Source: Nanobdellota archaeon
GTDB lineage: Archaea; Nanobdellota; Nanobdellia; Pacearchaeales; GW2011-AR1
Assembly (NCBI GenBank): GCA_043810695.1
Contig: JBDRNV010000009.1
Location: forward strand, 3,675-67,674
Direction: 5' to 3'
DNA: 64,000 nt
The position numbers and the translations under genes were made by a program. This document shows positions 9,196-18,508 of this stretch, one piece after another. Within the stretch, counting starts at the first letter, position 1. Each line of letters begins with the position of its first letter. The notes below the pieces were generated by a model that worked only from the letters and a program-made list of their open reading frames with translations, was not told the origin of the DNA and did no database searches.

Positions 9196-11217
9196 TTACT
9201 TTAGATTTATATTTATTATATTTGATACCCTTTGGGCAATATCTACACAGGTGACGACTTTTCCTGAGAAAACAGTAATTAGTCCTTTTCCATAATTTGT
9301 AATTTCGCTTGGTCTTTCATCTGTGTCTTCAATATTTGCTTTTATAGCCCTTATTACATAAATTGGGCGGATTATTCTTGCTTCTTTTAATATAGGAAAA
9401 TCTGCAATAGCGGCTTTTAAGATATTCTCCTGATTTGATTTTATATTGGAAAGCATAACTTCTGGATCAAGATTATCTGATACGAAATCGCTTATTACAG
9501 ATTCTCTTATATGCACTAAAGTAAATCTTCCTTCTTCTGCCCTTGGCATTATAGTACTAAATTGTCCATCAAATATTGATAAACCAAGTTTCTCTTTTAT
9601 AGGAAGTTCAATCTCAATCATTTCAACTAATTCATAAAGAGTATCTTTTCTAGGAAGACCGAACCACTTATTGAAATTATTGAAGTTATGGTATGTTGCG
9701 TTTATTACAAAATCAAACTCTTCTTCTAAATTTCCTAAAGGAGATTCTATTTTTAATATTTTTTTATTATTTTTTATCTCTCCACCTATTATTTTATTAT
9801 TGAGCTTAACTTTGACACTTGAACTTTTTAATTTTTCTTTTATTATTTCAAGCATTTTTTTAGGATCATATGCATATTCCGCAACTTTGACAATCATAGA
9901 AACTTTTTCTTTATTTATGAGATTATCATCAATATTAATAATTTCATAAGGAAGCCCTAGTTCTTCGCAGAATTTTAAGTAATTTCCAGGAGTTGTTTTA
10001 CTATCTTCTTTTGCTATTGCATGATAATGATTAAAAGGTCTTATTATGCATGCCCCATATTCTCTTTCAAAACTTTCTCTTGATTTTAGGCATTCAATTG
10101 CTGTTCCCTTACTTCTAGGATAATGATACCCTCCGTGATGTCTTAAATGATTGTTTGTGGATGCTCCAGAAAGAAGCTCTCCTGAACGTTCATACAAAGT
10201 GACTCTGAAGTTTTTTGAAAGCTCCAATGCTATTGAACTTCCAAATATTCCTCCTCCTATAACAGCTATTTTAGTGTTTTCCTTTTCAGGATTATTTTGA
10301 CATTTTTTCTGGACAATATATTCAGAAATAACCTTTTCTGCAAGTGCAATGTTTTCCAAAATATCTTTCTTACAAACTAAAGAGGTACCTGTTCCTTTTA
10401 CTCCTTCCAAAAATTTTCTTATGGAAACTTTAAGAGGATCTTCCACTTCAAAACTTCTCTTATTCCCTATGAAAGCTTGTTTATATCCTGGCCCAATATC
10501 TCTTCTGAATGATTCCCCATTCAAAGAAAAAATAATTTCTCCCGGCTTTTTTACTCTTAACTTAAAATCATATCTCACATCACATTCTGTTTCCTGATTC
10601 TTGAACCTGAATTTTATTGTTATAAAATCCTCCTCTTTTGACAGAAATTTTATATCATCAATCATCCCTTTTGGAATTAATCCTATTAAAACACTATTTG
10701 CATGCGGCAAAAAGCTCTTAATCATATCAATCCCTCTTTCTGCTGGCTCCATATACATTGAAATGCTTTTTAGTTTTTCCAGATCAGGATATTTTTTGAA
10801 ATAATCCACAATCGAAGCCCATTGCGTATTTACTGTTAGAATCTTTTTTCTTTTTTCAGCAAGATTAAAAAGTTCTTCCACAATCTTATAATTATCTTCG
10901 TGACTATCAACAAAAGGCTTTTCACAGATTACATGTAAGTTGTTTTCTAAACAAATCCTCACTTGACTTTCATGTAGTTCTGGAGGAGTACAAATTGAAA
11001 CCACATCTAATCTTTCCCATTTTATCATTTCCTCAATTTTGTAGTACGGTCTTACATTAATACCGAACTCTTTTTTTAATTCTTCTGCAGTTTTTGAGGA
11101 ACTTTCTCTTGTACTGCCCAAAATTGCAACAACCTCTGCCCCACACTGTGAGAACTCTTTCACATGATATTTTCCAATTTTTCCAGCACCTAATACTGCA
11201 ACTCTTAATTTCTCCAT
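9196..11217 (-). CDS. fusion: Gfo/Idh/MocA-type NAD sugar dehydrogenase (N-terminal) + FAD-dependent oxidoreductase (C-terminal, DAO/LhgO-like)
   Basis: N-terminus: MEKLRVAVLGAGKIGKYHV and HVICEKP (EKP motif). From about aa 315: KIAVIGGGIFGSSIALEL followed by SGASTNNHLRHHGGYHYPRS, resembling the hxSxxNSGVIHxGxYY stretch of hydroxyglutarate-oxidase-type flavoenzymes. Confidence 0.7.
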   Translation of the reverse strand: MEKLRVAVLGAGKIGKYHVKEFSQCGAEVVAILGSTRESSSKTAEELKKEFGINVRPYYKIEEMIKWERLDVVSICTPPELHESQVRICLENNLHVICEKPFVDSHEDNYKIVEELFNLAEKRKKILTVNTQWASIVDYFKKYPDLEKLKSISMYMEPAERGIDMIKSFLPHANSVLIGLIPKGMIDDIKFLSKEEDFITIKFRFKNQETECDVRYDFKLRVKKPGEIIFSLNGESFRRDIGPGYKQAFIGNKRSFEVEDPLKVSIRKFLEGVKGTGTSLVCKKDILENIALAEKVISEYIVQKKCQNNPEKENTKIAVIGGGIFGSSIALELSKNFRVTLYERSGELLSGASTNNHLRHHGGYHYPRSKGTAIECLKSRESFEREYGACIIRPFNHYHAIAKEDSKTTPGNYLKFCEELGLPYEIINIDDNLINKEKVSMIVKVAEYAYDPKKMLEIIKEKLKSSSVKVKLNNKIIGGEIKNNKKILKIESPLGNLEEEFDFVINATYHNFNNFNKWFGLPRKDTLYELVEMIEIELPIKEKLGLSIFDGQFSTIMPRAEEGRFTLVHIRESVISDFVSDNLDPEVMLSNIKSNQENILKAAIADFPILKEARIIRPIYVIRAIKANIEDTDERPSEITNYGKGLITVFSGKVVTCVDIAQRVSNIININLK

Positions 11218-11220
11218 TTT

Positions 11221-12096
11221 TTAGGTTATCCTTTCTTCAAATATTTTAATTAATTTTTCAGTATGTTCCTTCCATGTTATCTTGCTCTCTTCCATCCACT
11301 TTCTATAATTCCTTTTTTTTGAATTTTTTATAGCTTCTTCAAGATTTTTAAAATTTTCAATTTTATCAAAAGGGAATTTGTATCCTTCTGCGTACATGTT
11401 TCCAACTATTATTGGAATTCCTGCAGCCATAGCCTCCATATAGGTAACCCCTCCACCAGCCTCTTTGAAAGGAAGGCTGACAAAAATCTTGCATTTATTA
11501 TAGAATTCATTCATATTCATTGGAATAGTTCTTTCTGCAATTATTAAAGGAATATTTAGTCTTTTTCCAATCTCAATAATCTTTTGTTTTGTTAAATTTT
11601 CAGAAGGTTTATAGGTCCAACCCAAATAAATCCTTTTTTTACCAAGTGGTCTGAATTCATTCATATCTACGCTTGTAGCCACTAATGTAGATTTTCTATA
11701 CCTTCTACTATTATTTCTATCTCCAGTAAGCAACCTTTTTCCTATGAGATGCCCAACTATAAATTGGATAAAAAATCCTTTGCCTTTTTGAGTGGCATGG
11801 AAAAAACAAAAATGTTTTTTCTTAAAAATAGGATAAGGAAATAGAAGAGGCAGTGCAAGGTTCCAGTCTTGAGTGTATATTATGTCATAATTCTTATCCT
11901 TCATTATCTTTTTTAATTTTTTTCTTAAAGGAAAAATTGATTGTGTAGTGTTTCTAAGATTTAAATACTCTTTCCTTGAAATTATATCCACACTATGTCC
12001 TTTTTTTTCAAATTCTTTAGAAATATTCTGTAAAAGAGTTTCAACCCCTCCGAAACATTTCTCTTTTACTAAAACAAGAATTTTCATTAATCTCAA
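11221..12096 (-). CDS. glycosyltransferase, GT-B (GT1/GT4-like)
   Basis: C-terminal FKEAGGGVTYMEAMAAGIPIIV (the E..G...EAmA.G.P motif). A likely start is MKILVLV at 12087. Confidence 0.7.
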   Translation of the reverse strand: MRLMKILVLVKEKCFGGVETLLQNISKEFEKKGHSVDIISRKEYLNLRNTTQSIFPLRKKLKKIMKDKNYDIIYTQDWNLALPLLFPYPIFKKKHFCFFHATQKGKGFFIQFIVGHLIGKRLLTGDRNNSRRYRKSTLVATSVDMNEFRPLGKKRIYLGWTYKPSENLTKQKIIEIGKRLNIPLIIAERTIPMNMNEFYNKCKIFVSLPFKEAGGGVTYMEAMAAGIPIIVGNMYAEGYKFPFDKIENFKNLEEAIKNSKKRNYRKWMEESKITWKEHTEKLIKIFEERIT

Positions 12097-12175
12097 TGAA
12101 AATTAACTATTAAAAGCTTTATGAAGAAAGAATCTATTGGTTTGATGTAATACAATATCATAATATTTTAAAAGA

Positions 12176-13372
12176 TTAATAATTCATCTCTTTTGCAACA
12201 ATTTCAGCACAATACCTTATTCCATCAAGAGTGCCAAATCTTTTTTTAAGAGAATTATTATACCCAGATACTTTTCCGGATAAATCTTTTGCTTTTTCTA
12301 ATGAGAATTTGGGATCATTTCTTATTATTGCACCTATTCCTAATTTTTCTATTCCTCTTTCATTAAAAAGCATTTCAGGATCATCTTTTTTTTGATATTC
12401 TGGAGTAAGAAAAGGTTTTTCAGCAAGATGAGAAAACCATACAGAACTCCAACCTGCTCTTCCATAAACCGCAATAATGTTGGGATTATTCATTTTTGAA
12501 GGATCTAAAATCGTAATTATTCTTTCTCTTATTCTTTCTGGAAAACTTTTCATTTCAAATTCAGAAACAAATAATCCAAATCCAAGTTTAAGAACAGAGT
12601 CATAAATAGCAGATTCATTAATTCCCTTTATTCCTGTTCCTCTAAGATATATTCCTTTTTCAGGAAGTTCTGTTTCATCTTTTAGTAAAGGATATACAAA
12701 AGGGGGTGTGTGAACCTCATTATTAAGAAGTTTTCTATTTGGATCATAAGAGAAAACTCCTGGCTCATTTGAGAATATTATTCTTTGGTTTTCCATCATT
12801 CTTCTAGCTATTGGTAAAACTTTTTTCATAGGTTTTTTATTTAATTTAATTTCAGAATCAACAATAGCTCTTTGCAAGAGTTCATCAAAAGGGCCTGCTC
12901 CTCCTGCCGTATAGAACTGATTTGGTAAGTAAGTTTGAACCCGATTATTTAATCCTAATTGTAATTCAGCATCTCTTAAATCAATTTCTAAATCTGTTCC
13001 TTTAAATGTTTTAACTCTTCTTTTTCCATCTAAATGGTTTCTTATTTTTGATTCCACACCAAAATATTCTTTTGCTAAAAATTCTAGATTTTCAGAATAA
13101 TCTTTTCCTTTAAACATTAATAAACTTAAAAGTCCTCCATAACCAATATCAAAAAGTATCTCTTGAGGATTTCTTTCTATTAATCCAGGATTGGTGAAAT
13201 TAATCTCCCTTCTCAATATTTCTTCTTGTGAGTCTGGATAAATTAAAGGTACCACGATTGGTATTCTTGACAAGTTTTTTTCTTCTCTTATATTATTTAA
13301 TTCAATTGCCCAATTTACAGTTCTTACATATGGCCCATTTCCATGAGCAAAAGTTATTGCTATATATTTCAT
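12176..13372 (-). CDS. hypothetical protein, possibly a divergent GT-B-fold enzyme
   Basis: Clean 398-aa ORF in the glycosylation island. The only hints are the N-terminal AHGNGPY loop and the C-terminal VYGRAGWSSVWFSHLAEKPFL, reminiscent of GT28/MurG-type C-terminal motifs. Function is not established. Confidence 0.4.
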   Translation of the reverse strand: MKYIAITFAHGNGPYVRTVNWAIELNNIREEKNLSRIPIVVPLIYPDSQEEILRREINFTNPGLIERNPQEILFDIGYGGLLSLLMFKGKDYSENLEFLAKEYFGVESKIRNHLDGKRRVKTFKGTDLEIDLRDAELQLGLNNRVQTYLPNQFYTAGGAGPFDELLQRAIVDSEIKLNKKPMKKVLPIARRMMENQRIIFSNEPGVFSYDPNRKLLNNEVHTPPFVYPLLKDETELPEKGIYLRGTGIKGINESAIYDSVLKLGFGLFVSEFEMKSFPERIRERIITILDPSKMNNPNIIAVYGRAGWSSVWFSHLAEKPFLTPEYQKKDDPEMLFNERGIEKLGIGAIIRNDPKFSLEKAKDLSGKVSGYNNSLKKRFGTLDGIRYCAEIVAKEMNY

Positions 13373-13452
13373 GAATTTACATCTTTTAACTGCTTTTAAA
13401 GTTTATGTAATAAACCCTTTTTTCAATTGATATATAAGATTCTATCATAATC

Positions 13453-13461
13453 TTTAAATAA
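13453..13461 (+). promoter_or_regulatory. TATA-like box (tttaaataa) about 28 nt upstream of the 13485 ATG
   Basis: Spacing is consistent with a leaderless transcript. Lies in a divergent intergenic region. Confidence 0.35.
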
Positions 13462-13484
13462 GAATTTAATTCTAGGTTTTTATT

Positions 13485-14606
13485 ATGAAAATTCTTTTCA
13501 TAAAACTAGGAGCTTTGGGAGGAGTATTAAGAGCAACGCCACTTTTTACAGGATTAAAACAAAAATATCCAAAAAGTGAATTAAACGTGATTATACAAAG
13601 AGATTCTTCTCCTCTGCTTCAAAATAATTCAGATATTGATAAATTGTGGATTTGGGAAGAAGATAAAGATAAAATTAAGAGTATATCTTTTGATTGGATA
13701 ATAAATACAGAAGATGATAAAGAAACTTGCGAATTTGCATCAAAATTAAAAACTAAAAAATTCACAGGACCTTATATTTCTAAAAGTGGAGAAATAAATT
13801 ATACAAAAGATGTTGCCATCTGGTATGATATGGGAAAAATATCTAAATTTGGATTAGAGAAAGCAAACAAATTAAAAAAGAAAAATTCTAGAAGATATCA
13901 AGATATTTATTCCGAAATTTTAGGATTTAAAGAAAAAAGTTATCCGTTAATTCTGAATCTGACTAAAGAAGAAAAAGAATGGTCAAGAGAATTTAGAAAA
14001 AAACATGAAGTTGGAGAAAAACATTTTCTTATAGGAGTAAATACAGGAGCAGGGCCTAATTGGCCGCTTAAGGCACTTCCCCTAGAAAAAACAGTGAAAT
14101 TAATAAAAGATCTTCATAATAAAAATCAAACAGTTATTCTTCTTGGTGGCCCAAATGAAAAAGAAAGAAATATAGAGATTCTTAAAAAATTGAAAGTTAA
14201 ACCAATAAAAAATAAAACTCAAAATATTTTTAGAAAATTTATATCAAAGATAATCTCTTTTGAAAGCATTGTAGGTACTTCGAAATTTAATATAAAACTA
14301 ATAAATGCTGGCACAGAAAATACACTAAGAAAATTTATTTCTATAATAAACGCCTTAGATATTTTAATTACAAGTGATACTCTTACCCTTCATGTTGCAG
14401 TTGCTTTAAAAAAAAGAGTTGTATGCTTTTTTGGACCAACCTCTGCAGAAGAGATAGAATTATATGGGCAGGGAGTAAAAATTAAACCAGATTCAGAATG
14501 TTATTGTTGTTTTCAGAAAAAACGAATAAAAGATAAAATGTGCATAGATGAAATAGATATAGAAAAGATTATACAATCAATGTTAAATCAAACAAGATAT
14601 TTATGA
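13485..14606 (+). CDS. glycosyltransferase family 9 (heptosyltransferase-like)
   Basis: MKILFIKLGALGGVLRATPLFTGLKQKYP at the N-terminus, and C-terminal ILITSDTLTLHVAVALKKRVVCFFGPT (the DsGpmHlAaA...lfGpt pattern). Confidence 0.7.
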   Translation: MKILFIKLGALGGVLRATPLFTGLKQKYPKSELNVIIQRDSSPLLQNNSDIDKLWIWEEDKDKIKSISFDWIINTEDDKETCEFASKLKTKKFTGPYISKSGEINYTKDVAIWYDMGKISKFGLEKANKLKKKNSRRYQDIYSEILGFKEKSYPLILNLTKEEKEWSREFRKKHEVGEKHFLIGVNTGAGPNWPLKALPLEKTVKLIKDLHNKNQTVILLGGPNEKERNIEILKKLKVKPIKNKTQNIFRKFISKIISFESIVGTSKFNIKLINAGTENTLRKFISIINALDILITSDTLTLHVAVALKKRVVCFFGPTSAEEIELYGQGVKIKPDSECYCCFQKKRIKDKMCIDEIDIEKIIQSMLNQTRYL

Positions 14607-15476
14607 TTTTTTCTTTTCAATTTCCTTTTCTTTTCTTCCAGAAATAACTGATTTTTCAATTTTTCCAAAAAAGAAACCTCTATGAAAACCAATGAAATAT
14701 CCCCATCTTTTAACATAAAATATTCTTAACCATGTTGAAAAAAGAAGCAGAGGTGATAAAACTATTCCTACTGGTATTGCAAAATAGCTTAATATTACAG
14801 CAAGAAGATATTTTTTTGGAACTCTTCCATAATGTTTAAAATTGACACCATCCCAATGTCCAAAATTCTTAAATTGATTATACAAGCCCTTATAGGTGCT
14901 TCTCATGGCTCTATAACCGACAGCATCATATATTCTAACAGCTTTATATCCCTTGTTGAATATACGCTCATTGAATAAAGTATCTTCTCCACCATAAAAA
15001 TCCTCTGGATATCCTCCTACCTCTTTCCATATCTTTTTTGCAAAAATAATATTTCTTGAAGAACCATAATTTCCATTTTTTGTAAGACTTCTACCCATTA
15101 TTCTTTGAAATCTATCTTTTGCACGAGGAAGAGTTCTCCCAAATCCTATTTGCCCATTAAATCCCTTAACCATATTCTTTATCCAGTCTTTATGATAGAC
15201 ACATCCTCCCCCATCTGCCCCAATTATAATATCATTTTTAGCATTTTTTATTGCAATATTTCTGCCTTCTGCAATATTGCACTTTTCAGTCTCAATAATT
15301 TTTAGTATTTTGTAAGTTTTTTTATAATCTTTTAGAATTTTTATAGTATTATCTGTTGAACCACCATCAACAATAACAAACTCATTCGGCTGCATTGTTT
15401 GATTTTTAATAGAATCTAAAAGCCCTCTTATGTTTTCTTCCTCATTCCATATGGTACAAATTAAACTTACTTTCAT
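14601..15476 (-). CDS. glycosyltransferase family 2 with C-terminal membrane segments
   Basis: VSLICTIWNEEENIRGLLDSIKNQT and FVIVDGGSTDNT. The DGG and GGEDT motifs fit a GT-A fold. Confidence 0.85.
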   Translation of the reverse strand: MKVSLICTIWNEEENIRGLLDSIKNQTMQPNEFVIVDGGSTDNTIKILKDYKKTYKILKIIETEKCNIAEGRNIAIKNAKNDIIIGADGGGCVYHKDWIKNMVKGFNGQIGFGRTLPRAKDRFQRIMGRSLTKNGNYGSSRNIIFAKKIWKEVGGYPEDFYGGEDTLFNERIFNKGYKAVRIYDAVGYRAMRSTYKGLYNQFKNFGHWDGVNFKHYGRVPKKYLLAVILSYFAIPVGIVLSPLLLFSTWLRIFYVKRWGYFIGFHRGFFFGKIEKSVISGRKEKEIEKKKS

Positions 15477-15582
15477 AAAAGAAATAAAAACACGTGATTT
15501 AAAAGATTATCTATAATCATAACAAATTACCACAAATAACTTTATATAAGAAAATTTGATATTATAAACAATAAAATCTAAA

Positions 15583-16386
15583 ATGAAATTTAAAGATAAA
15601 ATAAGAATACTTTTGTTTAATCTGCTTGGAGAAAAAAATGTTGATAATCTAAGATACTTAAAGTTTTCTTATAAATTTAGCAAATTTTCTAAATATAAAG
15701 ATAAAAATCTTTTCGCAAAAAAATTCTCAGAGTTCTATGAACCTGAAATGAAATTAATACCTAAAATATTGGACAATCCACAAACTATTATAGATATTGG
15801 GGCAAATTATGGGCCATATTCATTTTTCTTTTCTAAATTATATCCCAAATCAAGAATTTTTGCATTTGAGCCAGCAAGCTGTTCTTATAATATCCTTCAA
15901 AAAATAATAAAAAAATTTAATTTGATTAATGTTATTCCAATAAAAAAAGGACTTGGAAGCAAAGAGGAAAATAAAGAAATTGTAATGCCCATTCAATATA
16001 CTATTTTGGCTTATGTTTCAGATAAAAATACACCAAAGAGAAAAGAGGATAAAAGCGAAGAAATAAACATTACAACTCTTGATAATTTTGTAAAAAGAAA
16101 CAAAATCCCAAAAATAGATTTTATTAAATGTGATGTAGAAGGTTTTGAATTTGAAATATTTAAAGGAGCAAAAAAAACCCTCAAAAAATTTAAACCATTG
16201 ATTTTTGTTGAAATAGAAGAAAGACATACTAAAAAATATAAAATTAATCCAGAAAAAATTAGACAATTTTTTAATAAAATAGATTATTTCTGCTATTCTG
16301 TAAAAGGAGAAAATATTCTAAAAACAAAAACTATTACTAAAGAAATTCCCTTGTATCTATTTGTTCCAAAAAATAAAAAAATTTAA
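15583..16386 (+). CDS. FkbM-family SAM-dependent methyltransferase
   Basis: IIDIGANYGPYS SAM loop, FAFEP and IKCDVEGFEFEI. Confidence 0.8.
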   Translation: MKFKDKIRILLFNLLGEKNVDNLRYLKFSYKFSKFSKYKDKNLFAKKFSEFYEPEMKLIPKILDNPQTIIDIGANYGPYSFFFSKLYPKSRIFAFEPASCSYNILQKIIKKFNLINVIPIKKGLGSKEENKEIVMPIQYTILAYVSDKNTPKRKEDKSEEINITTLDNFVKRNKIPKIDFIKCDVEGFEFEIFKGAKKTLKKFKPLIFVEIEERHTKKYKINPEKIRQFFNKIDYFCYSVKGENILKTKTITKEIPLYLFVPKNKKI

Positions 16387-16434
16387 TGATTTTAATATCA
16401 TAATCCTTTTAAACAATATAGGCATTTTTCTTGC

Positions 16435-17532
16435 ATGAAAAAACTTAATATCTTTTTTAATCCAGGAGTTCATCCCCAGTTTGCAGAGATTTATAATTAT
16501 CCGCCAAAAGTAGCGGAATACCACTATTCTATTCCCAAAGGAGATCATAACTCCATGTTAACAAGAAAAAAAAGACGCCTGTATGTTCAACTGAACAAAT
16601 TTGGAATATCACGGCTGGCATTTATTCCTAATTCAGATAAATATGATTTGATACACTCTACAAGAGGAATTTTACCTTTAACTAATAAGCCTTGGATTGT
16701 TGATATAGAATCAGGAGCTGCATTTTCTGGATTAAACTGGAATAATCTTAAAAATCCATTAATGCAAAAAATAATAATAAATAGACTTTCTTCTCCTTTC
16801 TGCAAAAAAATTCTTCCTCAAAGCGATGCTGCAAAAAAAAGTTTACTTGAGAATGTTGATTGTTCTAAATTTAAAGATAAAATAGAAACTTTATATCTTG
16901 CATGGCATACTACAAAACTTAAAAGAAAAAAATCAGACGTTGTTAGGATTTCTTTTATAGGAAGGGGATTTTATGATAAAGGGGGAAATGACTTACACGA
17001 AGCATTTAAAATTCTCAATAAAAAATATAAGATTAGTCTTAAATATAAGGGAATTGTTCCAGAGAATAAAAAACTAAATCTTCCAAATGTTAAATATCTG
17101 GAAAATATACCAGATCCTAAGAAATTTTATGATGAAATATTTGGGGATTGTGATATTTATGTTCAACCTACGACAGTTGACAGTTATGGTGTTTCTATTT
17201 TAGAAGCAATGTCAACAGGACTTCCAATAGTTTGTACAGATGATTTTACTTTGCCAGAAATGGTAAAAGATGGTTATAATGGATTTTTAGTAAAAAGTCC
17301 TGTTCACTGGTATGATTATAGATTTGACCTTCAAAAATATCAGAAAATAGCAGAACAAGAACATCCAGAAACAATAAAAGAACTTGTTGAAAAAATATCT
17401 ATTTTAATTGAAAATACAAAATTGAGGAAAAAAATGGGTAAAAACAGTTTTAAAATGGTAAAATCTGGAAAATTTTCAATAAAAGAAAGAAATAAGCAAT
17501 TAAGAAGAATTTATGATGAAGCTCTTAGATAA
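16435..17532 (+). CDS. glycosyltransferase family 4 (GT-B)
   Basis: VQPTTVDSYGVSILEAMSTGLPIVCTD and NGFLV. Confidence 0.8.
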   Translation: MKKLNIFFNPGVHPQFAEIYNYPPKVAEYHYSIPKGDHNSMLTRKKRRLYVQLNKFGISRLAFIPNSDKYDLIHSTRGILPLTNKPWIVDIESGAAFSGLNWNNLKNPLMQKIIINRLSSPFCKKILPQSDAAKKSLLENVDCSKFKDKIETLYLAWHTTKLKRKKSDVVRISFIGRGFYDKGGNDLHEAFKILNKKYKISLKYKGIVPENKKLNLPNVKYLENIPDPKKFYDEIFGDCDIYVQPTTVDSYGVSILEAMSTGLPIVCTDDFTLPEMVKDGYNGFLVKSPVHWYDYRFDLQKYQKIAEQEHPETIKELVEKISILIENTKLRKKMGKNSFKMVKSGKFSIKERNKQLRRIYDEALR

Positions 17533-18452
17533 TCAATAAATTTAGGAATAGCTTGTTCTACAGAAATAGGTTCAATATCAAATAGTTTTTTCATTAAGCT
17601 TGTATCTGCTTTAAGATTTTCTACATAATTTTTCTCTTTTGCAATAAATTGAGGTTTTATTTCTTTGCCTAAAGATTTTCCAATAATTTCTAAAATGTTA
17701 TTAAAAGAAACAGGAACCCCTCTTCCAACATTAACAACACCTGTATAATTTATCTCAGCTGATTTCATTATAACTTTTATTAAATCATCTATATATACAA
17801 AATCTCTTGTTTGATTTCCATTTCCAAATATTATTGGAGCTTTTCCATCTAAAGAATCTTTTATGAATAAATATAAAACACTTCCAAAATCCTTTTTCCA
17901 TTCTTCTCCAGGCCCATATCCTGCAAATATTCTTAATCCTATTATTGGAACAAAATCAGCATAAGAGCTTGCTAATCCTTCACAAGCAACTTTTGCAGCT
18001 GCATAAGAATTTCTTGGTTCTGGTTTTATATCTTCTCTATGAGGAGGCAAATTTCCTGCATACAAACTTCCTGTAGAAGGATATATTACTTTTTTTACAT
18101 TTTTATTATTCTTAGCAAATTCTAATGCGTTATAAAGTCCATAATATGTTTCATTAAAACATTTTTCAGGATTTTTATTAAATAAAGTTATGGAAGAAGG
18201 TCCTGCAAAATGGAAAATGTAATCAATATCTTCTGGAACTTGTTTCCATGCTTCTTCTGTTGAAACATCTCCTTCTATTAGATGAATATCTTTTAAAAAA
18301 GTTAATTTACTTTTAGCCATATCTCCATCGATATATGAAAAATTATCTATTGAATAAATTTCTGCATTATTCTTTAATAATTCTCTTGTTAAATTAGAAC
18401 CTATAAACCCACTTACTCCTGTTACTAAAACTTTTTTATTTGCCCAACCCAT
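17511..18452 (-). CDS. NAD-dependent nucleotide-sugar epimerase/dehydratase
   Basis: KVLVTGVSGFIGSNL (GxxGxxG) and YAAAK (YxxxK). Its 3' end overlaps the convergent GT4 gene by 22 nt. Confidence 0.85.
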   Translation of the reverse strand: MGWANKKVLVTGVSGFIGSNLTRELLKNNAEIYSIDNFSYIDGDMAKSKLTFLKDIHLIEGDVSTEEAWKQVPEDIDYIFHFAGPSSITLFNKNPEKCFNETYYGLYNALEFAKNNKNVKKVIYPSTGSLYAGNLPPHREDIKPEPRNSYAAAKVACEGLASSYADFVPIIGLRIFAGYGPGEEWKKDFGSVLYLFIKDSLDGKAPIIFGNGNQTRDFVYIDDLIKVIMKSAEINYTGVVNVGRGVPVSFNNILEIIGKSLGKEIKPQFIAKEKNYVENLKADTSLMKKLFDIEPISVEQAIPKFIDYLRASS

Positions 18453-18508
18453 TTTGTTAAAAACAAAAATTTCTTTTTAAGCTTTATGTAACTTGATTAC
18501 ATTATATT

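Noticed and set aside
14206-14350. Internal duplication in the GT9 gene as a separate repeat feature
   Set aside because: Only a short peptide-level echo (FRKFISKII / LRKFISIIN) with limited DNA identity. It is mentioned under the GT9 finding but is too weak to annotate.
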